Origin: a virus
Taxonomy: Duplodnaviria > Caudoviricetes
IMG/VR virus record: IMGVR_UViG_3300027833_000068
Coordinates: 1 to 52,952 of that record
Strand: one strand, 5' to 3'
Length of the DNA: 52,952 nucleotides
Shown here: piece by piece, positions 30,447 to 37,978 of the stretch
Position numbering within the stretch: the stretch's first letter is position 1
Layout of the letters: each line of letters opens with the position of its first letter
The notes under the pieces: generated by a model
Databases searched by the model: none
What the model was told of the DNA's origin: nothing
The model's input: the letters and a program-made list of their open reading frames with translations, nothing else
Made by a program: the position numbers and the translations under genes

Positions 30447-32211
30447 AATTCAAGACCTAACAGTAAGAAATTTTATGAGTGTTGGGAATCAAACCCAAGC
30501 GGTAGATTTCGACAAACAACAACTTACATTAGTACTCGGCGAAAACTTAGATCAAGGAGGTGACGATTCTGGCTCGCGAAACGGTACTGGTAAAACTACA
30601 ATCATCAATGCACTAAGTTATGCACTCTACGGAAATGCATTAACTAATATTAGAAAAAATAACTTAATTAACAAAACTAATTCTAAAGGTATGTTAGTTA
30701 CTCTTTCTTTTGAGAAAGATAGTCTTCAATATCGCATTGAACGTGGTAGATCCCCAAATTTATTAAAGTTCTACATTAACAATGAAGAACAAGTTGACAT
30801 AGATGAATCGCAAGGCGATAGTCGTAAGACTCAAGAATCAATAGACCATTTGCTAGGTATGAGCCATGATATGTTTAAGCACATTGTTGCATTAAACACA
30901 TACACAGAGCCATTCCTAAGTATGCGTACTAACGATCAAAGAGCTATTATTGAACAACTTTTAGGTATTACAATATTATCCGAAAAGGCAGATGTACTTA
31001 AAGATGATATTAGAGATACTAAGGATAATCTAAGTCAAGAGACAATGCGTATTAATGCATTACAAACAGCAAACGAAAAAATTGACGAAACAATTAACGG
31101 TCTTAAAAGTAAACAGAAAGCATGGCTATCTAAACGTACTACAGACACAATAAAGTTACGTGAAGCAATTGACGAATTAGAACATTTGGACATTGAATTA
31201 GAACTAGAATCACATGAAAAATTAACAAATTGGTCTGAACTAAACAATTCTATTTTGGCTCTTAATAAAGAGAAAAGCACACTAGAGACTGCACAGTTAC
31301 GTGCTACTAAGTCTGTGTCTAAAGTTGAAAAAGATATCTTACAACTAGATAATGCTGCTTGTCATACATGTGGACAATCATTACATGCTGACAAAAAAGC
31401 AGAAATATTAGATAACAAATCTAAAGAACTAACTGACGCTGATGCATATCTTACTGAAGTATCTGATAAGTTAAATGTTGTAATTACTGAACTTTCAAAC
31501 ATTGGAGACATTAACGGTCGTCCAAATACTTTTTATGAAACTTCTAAAGAAGCGTATGCTCATAAGAGTAATGTTAGCAACTTAACACAGGCATGGAGCA
31601 ACAAAAAAGACGAAGCTGATCCATATCAAGAACAAATTGACGATCTTGAAAATAGTGCAAAACAAGAGATTGATTGGGAAGAAATTAATACGTTAACTTC
31701 GCTCAAAGAACATCAAGAATTTTTATTGAAACTACTTACTAATAAAGATAGCTTTATACGTAAAAAGATTATTGATCAAAATTTAGCATATTTAAACAAT
31801 AGACTTACTAACTATCTTGATAGATTAGGACTACCGCACAGTGTTACATTCCAAAATGATCTTAGTGTAGAAATTACACAACTTGGTCAAGACTTAGACT
31901 TTGATAACTTGTCAAGAGGCGAACGTAACAGACTTATACTTGGTATGAGTTTTGCGTTCAGAGATGTATGGGAAAGTTTGTATCAAAATATTAACTTACT
32001 ATTCATTGACGAACTTATTGACAGTGGCATGGATGCTAACGGAGTTGAAAACTCGTTAAGTGTACTTAAAAAGATGGCTAGAGAACGTGATAAAAATATC
32101 TACTTAATATCACATAAAGATGAATTAATTGGTAGAGTTAACAATGTTCTTAAAGTTATAAAAGAGAACGGATTTACAAGTTATGAAAACGATGTTCAAG
32201 TGATAGAATAA
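30439..32211 (+). CDS. gp46: Recombination ATPase, Rad50/SbcC-like
   Basis: Walker A NGTGKTT, coiled coil with CHTC zinc hook, signature LSRGE, Walker B LLFIDE, H-loop ISH. Confidence 0.95.
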   Translation: MIKIQDLTVRNFMSVGNQTQAVDFDKQQLTLVLGENLDQGGDDSGSRNGTGKTTIINALSYALYGNALTNIRKNNLINKTNSKGMLVTLSFEKDSLQYRIERGRSPNLLKFYINNEEQVDIDESQGDSRKTQESIDHLLGMSHDMFKHIVALNTYTEPFLSMRTNDQRAIIEQLLGITILSEKADVLKDDIRDTKDNLSQETMRINALQTANEKIDETINGLKSKQKAWLSKRTTDTIKLREAIDELEHLDIELELESHEKLTNWSELNNSILALNKEKSTLETAQLRATKSVSKVEKDILQLDNAACHTCGQSLHADKKAEILDNKSKELTDADAYLTEVSDKLNVVITELSNIGDINGRPNTFYETSKEAYAHKSNVSNLTQAWSNKKDEADPYQEQIDDLENSAKQEIDWEEINTLTSLKEHQEFLLKLLTNKDSFIRKKIIDQNLAYLNNRLTNYLDRLGLPHSVTFQNDLSVEITQLGQDLDFDNLSRGERNRLILGMSFAFRDVWESLYQNINLLFIDELIDSGMDANGVENSLSVLKKMARERDKNIYLISHKDELIGRVNNVLKVIKENGFTSYENDVQVIE

Positions 32212-32399
32212 TGGACGATACACACGATAAACTTATTAAAGCATATCTTATGTACTTTGAAGAAAATGAAAAGTTCGAAGCACGTAATTCTGTGAGAACA
32301 CACGGAAGTGCAAGACGTGCTTTAAGACAGTTACGTATGTTAGCAAAAGAACGTATGGACGAAATACACACTAAACATAAAGGCAAAAGTCAGAACTAG
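32211..32399 (+). CDS. Small basic hypothetical protein (62 aa)
   Basis: Coupled to the gp46 stop (TAATG); helical, Arg/Lys-rich. Confidence 0.65.
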   Translation: MDDTHDKLIKAYLMYFEENEKFEARNSVRTHGSARRALRQLRMLAKERMDEIHTKHKGKSQN

Positions 32400-32433
32400 T
32401 CTAACACCATGCAAGAAGGAAATAATTACTTGC

Positions 32434-32883
32434 ATGGAGTGGACGTACAAAGGCAAAAAACTTAAAGAAATACCAGACGAGTACGAAGGCTTCGTTTATT
32501 TAATAACGAACAAAAAGACTGGTCAAAAATACGTAGGCAAAAAACTAGCAAAATTTAAGACCACAAAGCCACCACTCAAAGGCAGAAAAAACAAACGCAG
32601 AGGATACAAAGAGTCAGACTGGAAAACTTACTATGGTAGTTCAGACAGACTTAATGCAGATGTTGCAACACTAGGCGAAAAGCACTTCACAAGAGAAATA
32701 CTATACCTATGTAAAGGTAGGGGCGAAATGTCCTACATAGAGGCAAGAGAGCAGTTTGACAGGCGAGTACTTGAAACAGATGATTACTATAATGGAATCA
32801 TTAATGTTAGAGTAGGCGGATCAGATAAACTCAAACAGGCATTACTAGAACACCACATCAAGGCAAAACAAACCAACACATAA
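32434..32883 (+). CDS. Stand-alone GIY-YIG family endonuclease
   Basis: GFVYLITN...YVGKK (GIY-YIG motif), conserved Glu (YIEAREQ) and Asn (YYNG); no obvious C-terminal DNA-binding repeats. Confidence 0.85.
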   Translation: MEWTYKGKKLKEIPDEYEGFVYLITNKKTGQKYVGKKLAKFKTTKPPLKGRKNKRRGYKESDWKTYYGSSDRLNADVATLGEKHFTREILYLCKGRGEMSYIEAREQFDRRVLETDDYYNGIINVRVGGSDKLKQALLEHHIKAKQTNT

Positions 32884-33280
32884 GGTTGGCGGGCCAGACT
32901 AGAAATACCGCTGTGGAAAAAGCTCTCGTATAGAAGCACACGTACATATTGATTGACACACCAGAGTGTGGAAGCCATCAAACAAATTGGGCTCACTAGT
33001 TGATATAGATTGCATGTTGGCAGTCGAAAAACACAAACACAGTACATAAAAACTCTTTAGCAATAGGAACGAAGCGAGAGGTAGCGCAAGCGATGTCGAC
33101 GTAGGTTGGGAAAGGTCAGAGCCCATTGTACTTTGTGTATAAACAATTACCTACTTCCAATGTCTCGGCTGGTGCGACTCACATGAAGCGTATTTTGAGA
33201 TTAGATGGGACCGTAACAGGTTCCGTCTGACTGAAACAATCTACATGAAACTTAAACATTATTACATTCGTAATAATGCA
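32884..33280 (+). ncRNA. Candidate large structured non-coding RNA (class not recognised)
   Basis: ORF-poor and visibly more GC-rich than other intergenic DNA; many helices including GU-containing stems (33201-33230; 32994-33003/33165-33174) and long-range pairs (32988-32994/33119-33125; 33006-33012/33237-33243). Confidence 0.6.
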
Positions 33281-33342
33281 TTTGTTCATATTATAATCAC
33301 TTCTATCAAACAAAAAAGTTAGTTTGAGCGTTAGCGAAAACA

Positions 33343-33362
33343 TTAAGAGCTTTAGCTCTTAA
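33343..33362. terminator. Perfect hairpin TTAAGAGC-TTTA-GCTCTTAA (possible terminator or processing site)
   Basis: 8-bp inverted repeat flanked by A-rich tracts just before the next late promoter. Confidence 0.45.
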
Positions 33363-33368
33363 CAAAAA

Positions 33369-33376
33369 CATAAATA
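33369..33376 (+). promoter_or_regulatory. Putative late promoter CATAAATA
   Basis: T4 late-promoter-like core ~30 nt upstream of the 33407 gene. Confidence 0.6.
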
Positions 33377-33406
33377 GTATTAGTAAACTTATAAGGTATA
33401 TTCAAG

Positions 33407-34147
33407 ATGAAAATAAATGATATTCTAATAGAAGCAAAAGCTGATCCTGATGTAGTAAAAAGATTTGCAGGAGTTGCTGATAGCCAACGTTCATATTACA
33501 TACACCATTGGGCAAAAGAAAAAGGCATAGACACTGATGATGCTATGCACATGGCAGGCTATGTACAAAATGGTTACTTAGGTGCTGGTGCTTGGAACTG
33601 GCGTTATGTAGGTATGGAGGAAAGTTTAGCAACCGAAGCTCCTGTAGGAATGTTAAAAAGAGCTGGACAGGCCGTAGGTGCTAAAGCACTTGGAGCAATT
33701 GGCATGAAGGGCAAAGCAGGCAACTTAGCAGGCAAAGCAGATCTTAGTGCTACAGCAAATACCTTATACAATCAATTTAGACAGTACCTTGGAACACAAG
33801 AACTAGATATAAAAAATGCAACAGGAGCATCTTTAGTTGCGTTTTTAAAATCTAAGCGTGTTAAGAAAATTGGTGCTGTTCCTAAAGGTCCACTAACTAA
33901 GCAAGTTATGGACACAGCATTTATGCAAGCCGCAAAAGAAGCAATGAATACACAGCAAGGCGTAAAAGGACCAGTTGCTAGTCCTGCTCCTAAGAAAGCT
34001 GTTGCTAAAAAAGTTCCAGTTGGATCTAGTGGTTATGTAAAGACTAAGGATGCTGCACTTCAACTCAATGCAAAAGAGAAAAGAAGATTAATTCAACAGA
34101 TTGAAAAAAGTATTAAAGTTAGTCCGGCTAAGAAACCTACTGTTTAA
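33407..34147 (+). CDS. Hypothetical protein, possible internal head protein
   Basis: Late promoter upstream; N-terminus MKINDILIEA resembles a capsid-targeting/gp21 cleavage leader; basic Ala/Gly/Lys-rich body. Confidence 0.65.
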   Translation: MKINDILIEAKADPDVVKRFAGVADSQRSYYIHHWAKEKGIDTDDAMHMAGYVQNGYLGAGAWNWRYVGMEESLATEAPVGMLKRAGQAVGAKALGAIGMKGKAGNLAGKADLSATANTLYNQFRQYLGTQELDIKNATGASLVAFLKSKRVKKIGAVPKGPLTKQVMDTAFMQAAKEAMNTQQGVKGPVASPAPKKAVAKKVPVGSSGYVKTKDAALQLNAKEKRRLIQQIEKSIKVSPAKKPTV

Positions 34148-34299
34148 AAATAAGGTAAACCGGACTTTTTAGTTGTTTCTAAATTTTCTTTGATAATATC
34201 AGAAATAATATCTCTATCTTCAGGCGGAAGTTCAAACGCCTCATTCATAGTTAACGATCCGCGCATATGCCATGCAAGTTTAAAAAGATTGTAACGCAT
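34144..34299 (-). CDS. Small baseplate-hub/tail assembly chaperone (gp51-like); possibly also the -1 frameshift extension of the upstream gene
   Basis: Missed by ORF track: MRYNLFKLAWHMRGSLTMNEAFELPPEDRDIISDIIKENLETTKKSGLPYF; the frame stays open back to the slippery site at 34374-34380. Confidence 0.7.
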   Translation of the reverse strand: MRYNLFKLAWHMRGSLTMNEAFELPPEDRDIISDIIKENLETTKKSGLPYF

Positions 34300-34358
34300 T
34301 TGCTTAACTTCGTCATCTAGGACCTTAACTTCGTTAAGGATTTGTTGTACTGGTAGTG

Positions 34359-35222
34359 CTAAGATCCTGATGCGAAAAAACTTGATTGATCAAATGTTAC
34401 AGGAACTTCATAAGTTTCTGGCACACCTGCTTCTATTTCTTCCGGAGTAGCATCTACTACTAGCGGCTTAACTTGAAACTTAGTTCTTTGTTCTTCAATA
34501 TGATTAGTAACACTTTCAAAAAGCCCTTGGTCTGTATTTGCAATAAACTCTTTGATATGGGCTTGGTCAGTAACAACATCATCGCCAACCTCAATTGATG
34601 CAATTGACTTTTCAAGGGTTAGTATAGTAAGGTCTGTTAGTTTTTTAAAACTTTCAGTAAACGTTGCTAACTTATCGCCTTCGGCCATATCAGTATCATT
34701 AATTACGTTAAATATTCTTTGTTCGTCAAATGTCTTTCTACTTGTTTCAGTAAACTCTCCGTAGGTTAACGGTCTTAGATTTACAATCATGCCATCTAAC
34801 TGAATAGCACTGTTGTAATCTACATTTGAAAACTGATCTAACATTATTCTTAGGTCTAAGTCAAAGTCTTTATCTTCACCAGTAACTGGTACTTTAATAC
34901 TAACTTCCATCATTTCGCCGTATGTTGCTATGCGAATAGCAATCAAACATGCATCAAGATCCATAGAAGGCATATTAAATGGATCTTTAATTGCCGGTAT
35001 ACAGCTGGTAATAACACTAGCTGTTGCTTGCCCGTTCAATAAAGCGTCCGGTGTTTTGATCATTATTTCGTCTCTAGCCGTCATAGGAAATACTGGATAC
35101 TCTCCGTTTTCTGATATTTCCAAACTTCCGGCAGGGTAATATTTTCCGTTACTTGGTAATGACAAATATATCTTAGGTTGTCTAAAATATTTCTGTAACG
35201 GATTAGTGTTTTTGTTTTCCAT
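34359..35222 (-). CDS. gp26: Baseplate hub assembly protein, gp26-like
   Basis: NPLQKYFRQPKIYLSLPS...PMTARDE...DLDACLIAIRIATYG...LRPLTY motifs; followed by a gp51-like ORF; divergent from the tape measure gene. Confidence 0.75.
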   Translation of the reverse strand: MENKNTNPLQKYFRQPKIYLSLPSNGKYYPAGSLEISENGEYPVFPMTARDEIMIKTPDALLNGQATASVITSCIPAIKDPFNMPSMDLDACLIAIRIATYGEMMEVSIKVPVTGEDKDFDLDLRIMLDQFSNVDYNSAIQLDGMIVNLRPLTYGEFTETSRKTFDEQRIFNVINDTDMAEGDKLATFTESFKKLTDLTILTLEKSIASIEVGDDVVTDQAHIKEFIANTDQGLFESVTNHIEEQRTKFQVKPLVVDATPEEIEAGVPETYEVPVTFDQSSFFASGS

Positions 35223-35266
35223 TTTTTCTCCTGGCTAAATACTATTGTAAATGTATATACCATTAT

Positions 35267-35274
35267 TATTTATA
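35267..35274 (-). promoter_or_regulatory. T4-type late promoter TATAAATA for the gp26-like gene
   Basis: Exact TATAAATA on the minus strand ~45 nt upstream of the start codon. Confidence 0.7.
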
Positions 35275-35301
35275 TACGCACATAACTGGAATTGACTATA
35301 A

Positions 35302-37950
35302 ATGGCTGATGAAATTAAAATTGAAAACATAGGCGGTGAAAACGGCGTAGCAAGTGAAGTTACACTTGTTAGACTAGTTAATGCTATGGAAAAAATGGCC
35401 AAGACTTCGGGGGCCGATCCTAAGTCACAAGCAGCCAAAACACAACAAGCATATAACAAAGCTCAACAGTCTGGTGTTAAAGTTTCAACTAAACATAGAG
35501 ATGCTGTTAAAGACAATACTAGCGCGGTACAATCAAACACCAAATATTTAAACCTAGCAGCCGGCGGCCTGATGAGATTAGCCGCAGGCGGAATTGGGTC
35601 TGCTATCGGAAGTCTTAAAGGGTTTGCTGAAGAACTAATATCCGGTGGTGACAGCTTAACAAGTTTTGTACAACACATACCTATATTTGGTGGTGCGTTA
35701 TCCATGCTTACAGGAGTTATGGATAGGAGTTATGTTTCATTCCAATCAATGGCCAAATCAGGCGGCGACCTCGGCTACGATTTAGAAAGTTTAAGAACAA
35801 CAGCAGCTGAATCAAGATTAAGCATTGAAGAATTTAGTTCATTCGTAGCTCAAAGTTCTACTATGTTAGCAGCGTTTGGCGGAACAGTTAGTATTGGTGC
35901 TAAACAAGTTGCCGGCATGACAGATGCTCTAGGCAATGACCTACGAACAGAGTTACAGATGATGGGCTTATCGTTTGAAGAGATTAACGAATCAATGGCT
36001 ATGAGTGCTTACCTAAACAGAACAGGAAGCAAGATGGAAGCACGAGATAAACAAGTACAAGCAGAAGCTGCCGCTGGTTTAACAAAGAATATGCTACAAC
36101 TTGCAAAATTAACAGGCGAAGATGTAAAAGCACAACAAGATAAACTTGCACAAGCTTCAATGGACTTAGCATTCCAAAGGGAACTAGGAAAACTTGAAGG
36201 CGATGAGAAAAAGAATATGCTTTTAGCAATGGCAGAAGCACAAGCTACAGGCGGTGAAGTTGCTGTTAATGCACTAAAAGCACAATTTTTAGGAATGCCA
36301 CCAATAACAAGAGAATTGCAATTATTTACAGCAACAATGCCAGAAAGTGCAGCTCTTATAAAAAAATTACTCAATGACGCTGTTAACTCAGGTATGGCTC
36401 ATGACACATTCCAGAAAGGACAAGAAAAAAGAGTTGTTGACTATACAGCGTCTTTGATAACCTCATCAAAAAATCTTGACGCTATTATTAGAGTTGGTGC
36501 TATATCAGGCGCAGGAGTTGCTGGTGAAATATCCGCCATGGCCAACACAACTATGGATAGAATTCTACCGTATATTGAATCTGGCGGGGAAGATATTGAA
36601 GCAGCTAAAAAGGCAATTGCTAAAAACTACAAAGAAATTTTACCACTACCGCCGAAAGACGGTGAACTAGGTGCAATGGCACAATTTTTAGAAACAGTTA
36701 AAGACGCAAAACTAGCGATTGTTACAAATTTAATTAACCCGCTCGTAGGCGCAGCTGTTGAAGTGTTTGGGCCAGTGACTGGATGGTTTAAAGGATTTGT
36801 TGGTGAAAAAGGCGAAGCAACTACTTTTCAAACAACGTTGGCAGGGTTCAGCAAGTATATAAAAGAAACAGTTAATCCTGCACTTAAAGCCTTTTTCGAA
36901 GCATTTGGAAAAGATCCCAAGAAAGCATTGAAAGAAGCAATGTTTGGTGACGGCAAAGACAAAAAAGGTCTTCTCAAAACAATTATGGAACCAGTAGGAG
37001 AAGCTCTAGTAGCAGGATTTAAAACCGGCCTTGCAGCATTGTTTGAGAATATTGATGTTAGAACGGCATTGATAGCAGGAATTGCTGGATTATTTGCAGC
37101 AAAAGCGGTTGTGGCTGCAATGGCGGCAGGTGCAGCATCGTTAGCTGCATTAGCAATGCCAAAAACATCACCTACGGGAGCACCAATTGCCGACGGCGGT
37201 AAGCCTAAGGGTAAAATGAACTTATCCAAACAGGCTTTAAAAAGACTAGGGCCTCTAGCACTATTGTTTGGAGCATACGAAGTTGGCTCAACAGCAATGA
37301 ACACTGACTTAACACAAGGTCAAAAAAAGGAAGAATATGGCGCAATTGGCGGCGGAATGGCAGGCGCAGCCGCAGGAGCCTTAGCTGGCTCATTTATTCC
37401 TTTTATTGGTACAGCAATAGGTGGACTACTTGGCGGTACACTAGGATATTTTGGCGGTAGTGCTGCAGGTAGAGCGATAATGAAGGACGATGGCACTGTT
37501 AGTACTGACACACCGTCGGCAACAGACAAAGATGTAGCAGAAACACTTGGCGTAACACCAGATACTGTAAAATTATTAGAAAGAATGTCCGGAATTGGCG
37601 GAGGAATGGAAAGAGTTGCTAGTGCGTTTGAAAGAATTGACAAATTAGAAAGATTTAGCGAAAATGTAAATGCAATACAAAAAGGACTTGACATATCAGA
37701 GCTTTCCAAGTATAATAATAATATGCAAGAAATAGCAAGGTCATTAGAAGATATGAATAAAGCCTTAGCAGAAGATAATAAAGGTTTATTTGGCGGCACA
37801 GGCGTAGCATCAGCTGATCTACTTAAAAAGATGGGCGGATCAGGTCCTAGTACAGAACTAATAAATTCAATAAATAAGAACATGAGCGATATGAATATTC
37901 ATCTAAAAGCAATTGTAAGATCAAATAAAACAATCGCAGGCGAATCTTAG
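35302..37950 (+). CDS. Tape-measure-like protein (882 aa)
   Basis: Long helical Ala/Gly/Leu-rich protein with hydrophobic segments and a glycine-zipper (GAIGGGMAGAAAGALAG...GTAIGGLLGG); next to assembly chaperones. Confidence 0.7.
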   Translation: MADEIKIENIGGENGVASEVTLVRLVNAMEKMAKTSGADPKSQAAKTQQAYNKAQQSGVKVSTKHRDAVKDNTSAVQSNTKYLNLAAGGLMRLAAGGIGSAIGSLKGFAEELISGGDSLTSFVQHIPIFGGALSMLTGVMDRSYVSFQSMAKSGGDLGYDLESLRTTAAESRLSIEEFSSFVAQSSTMLAAFGGTVSIGAKQVAGMTDALGNDLRTELQMMGLSFEEINESMAMSAYLNRTGSKMEARDKQVQAEAAAGLTKNMLQLAKLTGEDVKAQQDKLAQASMDLAFQRELGKLEGDEKKNMLLAMAEAQATGGEVAVNALKAQFLGMPPITRELQLFTATMPESAALIKKLLNDAVNSGMAHDTFQKGQEKRVVDYTASLITSSKNLDAIIRVGAISGAGVAGEISAMANTTMDRILPYIESGGEDIEAAKKAIAKNYKEILPLPPKDGELGAMAQFLETVKDAKLAIVTNLINPLVGAAVEVFGPVTGWFKGFVGEKGEATTFQTTLAGFSKYIKETVNPALKAFFEAFGKDPKKALKEAMFGDGKDKKGLLKTIMEPVGEALVAGFKTGLAALFENIDVRTALIAGIAGLFAAKAVVAAMAAGAASLAALAMPKTSPTGAPIADGGKPKGKMNLSKQALKRLGPLALLFGAYEVGSTAMNTDLTQGQKKEEYGAIGGGMAGAAAGALAGSFIPFIGTAIGGLLGGTLGYFGGSAAGRAIMKDDGTVSTDTPSATDKDVAETLGVTPDTVKLLERMSGIGGGMERVASAFERIDKLERFSENVNAIQKGLDISELSKYNNNMQEIARSLEDMNKALAEDNKGLFGGTGVASADLLKKMGGSGPSTELINSINKNMSDMNIHLKAIVRSNKTIAGES

Positions 37951-37978
37951 ATGATAATAACGATTAGGCAGGAATAAT

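Noticed and set aside
32787-33126. Minus-strand ORFs 32787-33047 and 32899-33126
   Set aside because: No SD or promoter, atypical composition, one overlaps the GIY-YIG gene antisense; better explained as chance ORFs in a structured RNA region.
32884-33280. Canonical group I intron hosting the GIY-YIG gene
   Set aside because: GGTCAGAG and GATATAG faintly recall R and S elements, but they are in the wrong order, do not pair as P7, and no interrupted host gene flanks the region. A permuted or derived ribozyme cannot be excluded without a covariance search.
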